A stretch of DNA of 64,000 nucleotides from assembly GCA_010093605.1 (NCBI GenBank), contig MU004187.1, positions 496,001 to 560,000 on the forward strand, written 5' to 3'. Below, one piece after another: positions 50,881 through 61,770 of the stretch; within the stretch, counting starts at the first letter, position 1, and each line of letters opens with the position of its first letter. The notes under the pieces were generated by a model. That model made no database searches. It was not told where the DNA came from and worked only from the letters and a program-made list of their open reading frames with translations. The position numbers and the translations under genes were made by a program. This DNA is from Lophium mytilinum (taxonomy: Eukaryota).

Positions 50881-51105
50881 CTACGGAATCCTTTGGTCCA
50901 GTCGACAGAAAGTCAGACTGATTATAGCATTTAGCCTTGTACAGCCAGATCCGTACTTTTTGGTACTTTTAGTAGATGTACTGGCAGTGAGGCCACGAGG
51001 GTGTCCATCTCCGACAGTGCCCCAACCTCGTTCCCCTTCAGACGTGGCATCGTCGTCGAACCCACCGCACCCACACACGTAGATGATCATTGTGTATTGG
51101 CACAT
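50881..51105 (-). CDS. Possible small protein with an N-terminal MCxxxxxxYxCGC motif
   Basis: 74-aa ORF starting MCQYTMIIYVCGC, with two later Cys. This start pattern is typical of small fungal Cys proteins; no other support. Confidence 0.3.
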   Translation of the reverse strand: MCQYTMIIYVCGCGGFDDDATSEGERGWGTVGDGHPRGLTASTSTKSTKKYGSGCTRLNAIISLTFCRLDQRIP

Positions 51106-51851
51106 GATCAGTTGGTAAAGCCGCTGGTGTCTCTAGTCGCTTGAGGGGTTTAGTTGAAAAGACACTGGCTGCAGCAGTGGCCTACAGGACCCAGGGCTAC
51201 ATTTTGGGATAAGGAAGCTTCTAGGATACAAAGTGGTGAATGGTGGTAATGGGAAGATGTTTGAGCTTAAGTTACTACGTGTGACGCTTTCATATCCCAG
51301 AGCTACATCTAGCTGGCGGGCTAGACGTGAACTAAAATGTTGAGCAGTGACCGTAAACCGTGCAAGAATGTGAGCTGAGTTCACGAGGTAATTTCGCTGG
51401 CATCTATCTAGTGCATATTGTCGATGAGAAATAGTCGGCTTAGAGGATTCGATCTTGATAGGTCAAATGAGAAACCTACAAATAGGGCAATCTGAACAAT
51501 CGATAAATTTGGAAATCTGTTATGCTTGCCCTTTCCATTCGGTGGGAGTGGACGTACGTGGAAAGTTAGCTGAAGGAGGAAGGCATCGAAAACATCATGA
51601 TTTGACGACAAAACATGTAGTATTGTCCGGGAATATAAGGCAAAAGCCAGTCCAAGCTCTATGCTGTAATTACCGTGCCACTCAAAAGAAATCCCCGCGT
51701 CTGCGCTCAACCATATGTACAATGCCACCCGCCTCCTTTTAGCTCCAGGCGTATCCCCAGTCGATGAGGATCACTTTTGGGCTATGTCGAAAGGCTTCCG
51801 ATCTCGATGAACTGAAACAAAGCCATCCATGCACTAACAGGTCATCCGACT

Positions 51852-52356
51852 CTAGTTTGCGTCGTTGCCCTTCTTCAGATCCGGATCTGGGAGTATGCCC
51901 TCCGCTTCCAGTCGTCGCCGCGCTTCTTCGAGAGCCCATGTTTGTATGCTATCGATTGATTAGCCTAGAGTCCTGCACACAATTCCTGTTTCATCCACAG
52001 CCTTCCCCACTCTTTCCGATCCATCCCATCTGCGATTATTGCTCCATGTTTGAATTTCAAACATACCTCGTATCTGGCTTATAAGCATACCCAACAACGC
52101 CCAGCGCTAGACTGCCAAAGAAGCCGTAGACCCAGACCTTCTCCCACCCCTCGTTTTGGTACTTTTCACCCGGTCGCACGCCGAACAGCCATCCGGATGG
52201 CGGATCGTAGTGGTCCTCCTGGGCGTGCGAGCCCGACCGCAGCGATTGCGAGGTTGAGATTGACCGGCGGATGGAGGAATGTGTGGTGGCGGACGTGCGG
52301 GACGGGAGGGAGGCGGTGACGCGCTGGGCGCAGCGGGCGGGTTGAATGAGAGGCAT
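51852..52356 (-). CDS. NDUFB11: NADH:ubiquinone oxidoreductase ESSS subunit (complex I accessory)
   Basis: Mitochondrial presequence, HYDPPSGWLFG, EGWE, TM helix, YKPDTS|IQTWALEEARRRLEAEG. Intron 51949-52066. Confidence 0.92.
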
Positions 52357-53026
52357 TGCCGGTCGTGGTGGGTGGAGGAGGAGAGGAGTGGAGAGAGGGG
52401 AGCCTTGGAGAGTTCCTAGACGCGGGATCGAAGGCCTGAGGATTGATTGTTGGGTGTCGGTGGAGGGGATCGGAGCTCTCTGGAAGAGTGAAGTGAGGTT
52501 CCGACAAATGGTCTTGGCAGCGAGTCCAAAGCGGCTTAGCGTACACCTCGTCAACAAAAGAAAACCCGCTGATATACAAAGTTCAACCTTATCATCGAGC
52601 TGCAGATGTGGGGGCATCCGACTGGGATGCTTAATTCTTCGAGATAGAGAAATTCATCGTCATGAAAATGAGCCTTGGATCGGCATCGATGGGACAGACT
52701 CTTCTGCGAACTGACCCTACAAAGGTAGGACTAGTATTCAATGGAGCAATTACTGCCAATCTATCAGGATGTTCAAGGAAAAGTACTATGCTAAATACCA
52801 TATCCAAGGCTTATCAAAGTGATTCCTTCAAGCTTCAAACTTCAATGCGAGAAAGGCGAAACAACTATGAGCTTCAAGATCCCCCAGTGTCTACAACCCC
52901 CGACGGATCTGCCCTTGAAAGTAAGATATTGTCTCTCAGGCCTCAGCCAGTCTTTTCCAAAATCAATTTCTTCAAACGTGATATGCCTCATCACGGATAG
53001 TGTCGAGATTATCACGTGGTTCGCAT

Positions 53027-55031
53027 TTACCAGAAAGGCTTTACAGGTTCATCAGCCCTTTGCCACTCGAGATAGCATTCTGTGCCATTCAGCTTGCTTG
53101 CTACAGCAGCATCGAACTCTTCTTGCGCACCCGGCTGCTTTGGTCGTAGTTTCAAGCGGGCCGGCCACTTATCCACAATGCTATTTGGCGATTTTACCCT
53201 TGCTTTTGAAACCTGCATGAGGAACGAAACTTGTGCCTTTTCCATATACCTGGCCTGTGGTCAACATTGTTCTCGGCATAAAGTAGCTGTTTAGAACTGC
53301 TTCACTCACTTTCCAAGATACCGGTCCACATCTCGCACAAACGGTTTAGCGAACGATGCCTTTATGAAATATTGGTTGTTACTATTCATGTTTGGACGAG
53401 GTGGTAAGTACTCTGCAACAAGCTTCATTTCTTTCATCATGACGTTCATGTCGCGATCTTCTCCACTATTCATGACACTCTTCCTCGACTGCGTTCATAA
53501 AGAGAGTGATCAAGGTAGCATGAGAGTTGGCGATAGGCTCCTGGAGAAGTGGAGCAAAGTTGCCTATAGTAGGAACCAAGCCTATGTATGCACGGTCACA
53601 GATATTCGAGACCTGTCTATAACTTAATTGTCTTTCTGCACTCAAAGTTACGCTTGCTGACTTACCTCAATCCGTGCAAATGTCCCAGGCGAAAGATGAT
53701 CAACGAGCGAGGTCGCATCGACCTGGAAAATATTGAACGAGATAGTTAGCGTTTGTGCTCGTCGGCAGAATGAAGTAAGGATATCCTTGACATAGCAGTA
53801 GAGTTTGCCGTAGATATCGTTGGTCAAGTCTCCGACGAAGGTGCCCATCACATCATTGATCGCCCACCCATCGATAGGATCAGCTGAGTCTTTTAGCGGC
53901 CATTCATCCGACTTCTGGAAGAAAGTCCTAGTAGCATTGTTAATCACAGCCATGCTGCACTTCTGAAGAAGTCTTACGGGTTCGGAATTCTGTACGCGCT
54001 CCGAGAGTAGCCAAACGGCAGCAAAATGCCGTCTTGACGATACCTTAAAAAGCATACTCGTCGACTTGGAGACAGAGCATACAAATGGCGCTCTAAATGA
54101 TCTTTACGTTCAGGTGCGAGTGTGACGGCAAGTCGCAGGTCGTGGGCTCCCTGAGAAGACAGCCCAGTGGGCAGGCTTAGATACGATAATGTTGCCTCCC
54201 ATGCCTCTTTCGACAGCACGATTCGAATTGCTTTATTGCCCCAGGACCAAGCTTTTGCTAGAAGCTGTCCGTTTGGTTTTTCGGCAATCTTCTTGCAGGT
54301 TTCTTCGATCAGAGGACGGACAGAGGTGTCGAGTAATTCGATATGTGCTTTTGTAATTTGCGCTGAATACCAAATGTGCAGAACGCAATCCACGGCGGCT
54401 GCCGTATCATCAACAGCAAAGAGGAGTATAAGCATTATCGCGTTACGTGCAACAATGTCCAGGTCGAGATCATTGAGAGTCACTGTAAGCTGCTTGTTGT
54501 AAGATGTGGATATTGCAGCAACAGTTTTAACAACATTGCGAAAATCTCCGGAAGCTGTGTCAAGACTCGGTCAGCATGCTTTGACGACACGACTTCAAAC
54601 AAAGACCCACCAGCGAATAGCAGGTTCAGATCTTGCAAATGATCTGAACCTTCATTCTGTTCTAATGCAAGGATGTCGATCGCCGGCATGTTTCCCCAAA
54701 AATATTTCGCGCTTCCAAAGGATTCGTAAGGAGTCGCGCTGTTGTTGATGAAAGCAGGACGGCGCCCCTCAGTATGCCATGATGGACTCCAGAAGTTTTT
54801 CATATATGGAGACTTGCAAGATTTCTTGTGCTCAGTCTAATGGGCTTTCTGGCACGATGCCTTGCAATACTGTGATAACCGTGTTTAACGCTGGGCACTC
54901 GACAAGATTGAGAAAGATCCTACTAGGACGAGACGGCACCCTCCACAAGCACTTTTATCCTCGTTCGGACAGTGCCATGTTCTGGAGCTATTAGCACAAG
55001 GATATTGTCGCGGCTGAGTTGTCGACTGCAT
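53027..55031 (-). pseudogene. MYND zinc finger + DUF4470 protein, disrupted
   Basis: CAN..C..CGGCRLVL|YCKASCQKAH*TEHKKSC, YFWGNMPAIDIL, LLFAASGDFRNVVKT, ARNAIML, FARIEVSNICD. TAG at 54837-54839 and a frameshift at about 53476-53485. Confidence 0.82.
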
Positions 55032-55741
55032 CCTGACGCGTCTACGAACTGCTGTTGGGATTAGGCGTTCATGCTATCTGAAGCGGGCTTGCGTGAATCA
55101 AATACCACAGTGATAACGGTGTTTCAGCGAGGTGTCCAATCAGCAAGCGACACGATGGAACTGCATCCTCTTTCCAATGGCCATGGGTCGGTTGATATAA
55201 TGATTAGATAAGGGAGCTGAGGGGACGAGGGTGCGATTTGCAACTCCGAGAAGCAGAGAGCATTATGACAGCGCTTTATAGCGGCGCGGAGAGCTTGCAG
55301 GAATTGGTGAATGATGGCAAGGTGAAAGGTGAGTTGATTAACGAAGTGGAATGAATAGTGCCACGCCTAATTAATCAATCACATACTTCCCAGGTTCTGA
55401 GCGAGATTGACGCTCATGGTCTATACCTATAGTGGTGTCACTGACCACTTCGCACTCTATCACTAGGCGCCGGGAATAGACGTATAGTGAGACACAGTCT
55501 ATGAACACGTTTTGCCTACTACCGGCCGTGCTTCAACGCATTTTCAAAGTACAAGATTAGATGATAGCATGGCTTTTCGACTAGGTAAGTATTAAACTCG
55601 CTGGAGCACGTCAGATAGTCTCGAGTAGGGTTGCAGTAGACGACATTTTAGTCCTACATCTATCTTAGCTGATTACAGCCTCTAAAGAAGTAAACAATTC
55701 CGTACTTGCTAAACGCGAGAAGTTTAGCAATCCCATGTCTC

Positions 55742-58242
55742 TTAAAGATTCCACTGGAAATCAGAAGGATTCAGGCCTTTCGTACAGTCCATTAGGGCTT
55801 GCCGTGCCACCTGTATCTCACCAATCCCCTCCAATGGTCCCGACTGGCGTGTTGGCACACTGCGGCCTTCCTTTCTACGGTCCACAAGCTCTGCAATATC
55901 GGCGACCAGATGAACTGCAAGCCTCCCACCGTCAGGGCAAGCAAGCCCATGCATGTTGCAGCCCATCCAGAATTTGATCGGAATTCCCAATTCGCACATT
56001 CGCTCCAGAGTCTTCTTACACAAAAGGTAGACGGAGAACCAGTTCGTGCGGAGCATTGGAAAATCGCCATAATAGAACTCGGCTTCAACGAGGCCATGCA
56101 AATACTCTAGGGTTCGAGAAGGACTCTCCATTTGATGGACATCAGGCGCGTCTGACATCTCAGTTCTCCACCGTTCCCGCGCTCGTTTCTCGCATTTCGA
56201 CGACGTGCCTTCCCCGTAAAAGTGGCATTTGACTGCTTTCGTTACCCGGTATTTCTCTTGTACAATGTCCAGAAAGCTTGAGTACTGATCCGACATGCTG
56301 TGAACCTCGTGATCACTGTACCATGGAATCTGACTTGTCAAGAGCCAGCGCTTGTCGTGGCTGCTAGGCTGCTCCGTTACCTTTCCAAGAGTAACGCCCC
56401 TTCGGAGATGATCCACGAAGTTGTCACGAGGGCGCTCACCAAGAAAAGTAATATCGTCGAGGGACGAACACAGAAGTTCAAGGAGCTGGAAGTCTTTGGC
56501 ATCAACTAGGCCGAGCTGAATGAACATGTTGTAGAGATGCAAGACCGCACAGACGGTACCCACGTGGACGACCATAGGCAGACCCTTTTCGAACGCCTCT
56601 CCAAGTATCTGGGATATGTGCGTCCCCGCGACCCAGGGCGAGCGATAGTAGAGATCAAACCGATTGTCGGATATGTAGGCGTTGAGAGCATCTGTAAGAT
56701 CCCCAATTGTGGTCTTGTGTTCGCAAAAACCCTGAGCCATCAAGGCTCTCATCGATTTTAAGACTTCTTTAGCAAATCTCAACGCCACAATCCGGCAGTC
56801 AACGGGCGGCGGTCCCGCGTGCTCATTGCTGATGTAGGTGCTAAACGTTTTGAGCCAGAGCTCAATACCAAACACCACTGTGGTTCCGTTTGTGCGTGAC
56901 TTCGTAAGGTAATCTCGAATGTCGGTCTGTAGAGGGTTGAATTGACCAGGGAACAATTTGTAGATCCAGTTGTTAAACCCTTCCGGACACAGATCGAGCT
57001 CAATTACCCCATTCATATATTCCTCCCAATCCTTCGACAGGTGCTCACCTGGCTTGTGGACTCCAGTAAGTTCACGTATGCTCCGAAGCAAGGAGAACAT
57101 GCAAGTAGAAGCAGCCAAATTGCCATTTTGAGAGCCCGGATGTGGAATCATGACTCGTGGGTCCTCGAATTTGGGGTTTTTTTGGTCCTGAGAAGCGTGA
57201 CCAATGGTGTGCATGAATGTCTTCAGCGCGTCCGACGCGTCAATGAACCCAGATCCGTCGCGGAACGTCTCTCGGCATGCACCATCGTAATCGACCAAGC
57301 CGAGCTCTGTTCGATCATTCGAGGCTAACCAAGTAGCGCGCCGACGGAGGAACTGTTCGTGATTACGAATAGCAAAGTAATAGCGGGCCCATGAGCCTAA
57401 ACTCTTGATTTTTTCGTAGGCGATGTTCGTGAGCCATGCTGTGATGACAAGTTGCAAGGGGCTCGAGTCACACTGTTTCCAATATCGGTGCACCGCGGCG
57501 AAAGTGTCGTCGAATACCTATTCGGTACTGTTAGCGGATACTGATACCAGTGCTGATTTCATGAAGTGCAGGCATTACTTACCACCATGTAGTCGTAGAA
57601 CTCGATCACATCGAAATATTTCTTGAAAACATCCCCTGATATGGAGCGACATTGGCCGTCTTCATCAAGAAGCCCCAGATTTCTGAAGCAATCCTCAAGA
57701 TGAGGTCCCATTGGCCGTGGTCCGTATCGGAGCTCCTCATCCCCGTCGGTTGAGTCTTCCAACTCTTCGATATCAAGAACACCGTACGAGTTCACTGCAA
57801 GATGTTCCTTGATATGGTTTTCTCGTTCTAGGGCTGTCCGTGATTTGGAATTAGAGAATAGAGTGTTGGAGATCCGCCTCAGCCTGATGATCCAGTTAAT
57901 AGGATGTTGGTATAATGGCGGAGGCTTGACTTACGTGCTGGTGAAATGCTCGTGAGATGTATCACTAGCGTTATCGGGCGGCCGCTGAGATTCACCACTT
58001 TTGTAGAAGTCAGTAAGTATAGACCTATTCTGAATAGTATCTCGAAACGCCCAATAGATCGCCGGAGGGATTTCGGTCTGAGACTCGCGTATGGTCTCAG
58101 CTGCAGCAATCATGTCTTTGAGAGATAAGGATGGTGCTTCTGGGGAAGCTCCGGTGCAAGATGTGAGCCATTTGACGATAGCTGAAGTGCTTTTCTTGTA
58201 AGAACGATATACTTCTGGAACTGACGGTGGCACAGGAGCCAT
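55742..58242 (-). CDS. DUF6604-family protein, copy A (794 aa)
   Basis: N-terminal YRSYKKSTSAIVKWL..FRDTIQNR..SHEHF, later VLHLYNM. Introns 57884-57934 and 57518-57582; frame intact. Confidence 0.8.
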
Positions 58243-58407
58243 GGTGTTCGACTATAAGCTTTGACGAGGGAAATATAGGATGCCTAGGGTGTTGATGAAA
58301 TGAATTATAGCGAGTGTGTGGTAACTTGTGGTGGTTGGTGTAGGTGTTTTGTAGCTTTGAAAAGCAGCGAGAGCAAAAGGGCAGTTTTATAGCCGCGCAG
58401 AGGTTTC

Positions 58408-60092
58408 CTAAAGATTAGTGAATGGTGGCAAGCGTATTCCCATAGGTGTACACAGACTGAACAGGTGACCTGTCGATCCAGATGTCTTACAATGCATTGA
58501 AGCAGCACAAGCGATGGGAGTAAGAAAGTGCACAAGCTCACAACGAGGTATGCCACTGCTTGTGGTGCTCCAACCCATTCTAAAGATTTTGAACGAGAGA
58601 GAAACTTTTGGCTTCGGGCTATATAAAAACCTGTCGACAGCTTCAGTTCCTGCAGCAGATATCCCCTTTGTAAGAAAGTTGTGGATGCTTGCTTGCAAAG
58701 GATTAAACCCTGGGAGGAAGAACCCATAAGAGACGTTGGGTTCCGAGGTGTCCCAACCTAGTTCAGTTCCCATGATTGACATGCGTTTGTGAAGTTCCGT
58801 CACCTGCACTATGCTGTCCAACATGGACAAGATACAGCGGTGACCTTCAGGCTTGAACTTGACATCCAAGAGCGAGCTCGCGGGGGGTATCATGTCCAGT
58901 GGCTTCTCGAATTTGACCTTACTGGAGCTTTGGGGTATCTGAGCCGTTTCATCTTGAAACTCTTGTAGGGCAACCCAAGCATCTATAAACCCAGGACCAT
59001 CGCGAAAAAGGCCTCTGGGTGCTCCCTCATAATCCATAACCTTGATATTCCCCGGAGTGAAATAAGAGAACCAAGCTTTGCGCCGCATAAGGAATTGTCC
59101 ATGGTTAGAGTACTTGAAGGTACGCGGCCCTTGGATAGTGCTGATATGTTTGATCTTTTCGAAAGCCAAATTTGTCAGAAACGCTGCGACAAGAATGTTT
59201 GATGATCCAGAACGGCACAATTTCCGGTATCGCATAATTGCCGCGCATATTTCGTCGAATTCCTGTTTACCATGATCAGCAAAAATTCCAGATGCTGTTT
59301 CTCAAAATGCATCGAGGGACTTCAGACAGTGGTAAACCGACATGGAAACCTGACATTAGGTGTGCGAAAATATAGCGCCACTTACCACCATGTAGCCGTA
59401 GAAGTTGAGTAGCTCGTACATGATATTGTTGACGCCTCCTTCAATGTATATCCCTCTCTTGTCTTCTCCAAGGTGACCAATGGCGGTAAGCCAAGCCTCG
59501 AGCTCATCCTGGAGAGGCCTCATTCCGTATCTAAGCTCCTCGTCCTCGCAAATGAGCTGTTCCATGTCCAAGTCTACTGTCGTGCTGCTATAGTCTTCGG
59601 TATCATCATCTTGCGCCACTGAGCTGAGAACGCTGTACGAGTTGTCGCTGATAGTGTCTTCCCTGGGAGTATCGCATTGTGGCTCCGGCGATCGCTTCTT
59701 CTTCGGGAAAAGTATGCGAAAGATATGCTTCAATCTACCAGCCTGCATCAGTAAGCTGCTTCCAAAAATGACAACCGGCGGCCTTACATCCTGATGAAGT
59801 GCTCATGTGAAGAAGTGCTGGCCTCGTCCGACTCTATTAGGCCACTTTTGTACAAGAGAAAAAGCTTTGTCCTATTCTCGATCGCATCTCTGAACGCCCA
59901 ATATATGGCACGAGGTATATCCGTCTTCGCTCCATGTATCCGCTTAGCCGCCGAGACCAAGTTCTTCAGCGACACCGGGTCTTCTGGGGTGCTCTGATTG
60001 TCTGAGCTAGCCATGAGCCAGCTTACAATTGCGGCGGTACTTTTCTTGTAGGATCGCACCGCGTCATGAATGTCCGGCGGACGAGAAGGCAT
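58408..60092 (-). pseudogene. DUF6604-family protein, copy B, 3'-truncated tandem paralogue
   Basis: RSYKKSTAAIVSWL..AIYWAFRDAIENR..SHEHF, with the same two intron positions (59735-59787, 59263-59385). Similarity to copy A ends after FNPLQ..FLTK at about 58640. Confidence 0.7.
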
Positions 60093-61770
60093 GGCGTTTC
60101 GAGCTGCTAATACTGTTAGAGCCTGTGACTTCAGAAACTGCATAGATCAAGGATGGAGCCAGTACTTACCAAGAAGGTTTTATGGGTGTCGAGAAGTGAG
60201 AAAAGAGATCGTAGTTTGCGAAAGATGAAGAGTGATGGATCAAATAGGTGAAGCCGTCGAGACTTGCATTGTGCAGATAAGGATAACAGTGGAAAACTCG
60301 ATAGTGTAAACGAAGGTGAAGACAGTTTCCGCCTCGCTCAAGATCAGATGTACATAGTCCGTCGAATCTTATCAGCGATCATATGAGAATGAGTGAACAA
60401 GGTACTTGCGTGATCACGCGGTCTGAGGTGGCCGGCCAATATCACAGATAGGTGAAAAATACCATTCCCCACCTCGCCCAGATCTCCAAAAGCACATGAA
60501 AACGCAACTACATCCACTGACTTCCTGAGCAAAACAAGAACGGAAAAATATATCTCAGAAGCAAAACTTCGCTAGGCCTGAAGCCCTGACTGCCTCTTCA
60601 TCGTGTCGAATGCCACTCAACCCACGCTGGTCCTAAAAAGAGTGACACACCTAATTGGCATTCTGCTTCTTTTAGTTCTACACCTGTCTGCCGCTGCTTG
60701 TGGTGCTTCAATATGTTTTCACACTGTAAAAGAGATAGATTCTCCTTACTTTTGGGCCATGTGGAAACTTGCTGAAGCACTCCAAGCAGTGGCAGACAGG
60801 TGTACACACGACCGCACACGACGGAGTGCTTGCCGAGTGTGCCATTTCTTGATGCCCAGCGTGACACCATGGCTAGATTCGAACCCAGCCCCATTGGAAG
60901 AGCCAGTTTTTGATATGAATGGAATGACAAACAGAACCTCGCGGACAAACATTCAGAAAGCGCCGATATCTTCCAAGGCCCGCATTCGCCCTTTCACCAT
61001 CACCTACGCCACTTACACCACATCGTGAGAGCTCCCGTTGGACTCGCCCCGATGCCGCGCAGCATCAGCTGTTGAAACCCGCAACCCAATAGTATTTTAC
61101 GACGTCTTAAGAGGGCACCGATTGATCTGACATGGGCTACAGACGAATCTGTCTGAAACAGCCTGTCCCATCCGATATGATTTGGGATCCCCCCCTCCAA
61201 CATCGGCGTCGCCCTCGCACCTTCCCCGTGACTCTCCCATCAACAGCCCCACCGCCTACCTACCCGATCCGGCAACTCTTGCCCGCCAAGAACTGTCCAA
61301 CACAGAGCGATCGAAATTTCAGGCCCTTCGCCGCCCTACCCACCTTTTCACCCATAACTCCACAACCACACCTCCTATCCGGAAACCGAAAGCACGACGT
61401 GATGCACCTAAGCTCGGAGAATACTTCACGAGCTTTCGGAGCAAGAAACGCAAGAATCCGATGGGATAGGGGTGGGGTCTTGAGGTCTTACTAGGAAAAA
61501 CAGACGGATTTCCGGACGCGGAACACCCATAACACGGGAAGTAGGCTTTGGTTTTTTTTCATGACAGGAGAATATGCTATCGCTTCTAATGCCTACCTAC
61601 TGAACTTACTGTAATGGGATACCAAGCCTCGCCGGCGCTGATGCTTCGCTACCGCTAATGCTTTTGGTCTACGGTGTGTTAAACGTACACCACCACTTCA
61701 TACTCCTTTTCGATTATCCTTCTTACTAAGTTGCGATACTCTCTCCATAGAATCCACCCGTCCACCTCTA

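Noticed and set aside
20390..55031. Stop-codon reassignment (alternative genetic code)
   Set aside because: All three stop codons occur as internal stops and all three terminate intact genes normally; one affected gene also has a frameshift.
60603..61494. ORFs between DUF6604 copy B and ERG7
   Set aside because: No ATG-initiated coherent gene model or known motif; possibly decayed sequence.
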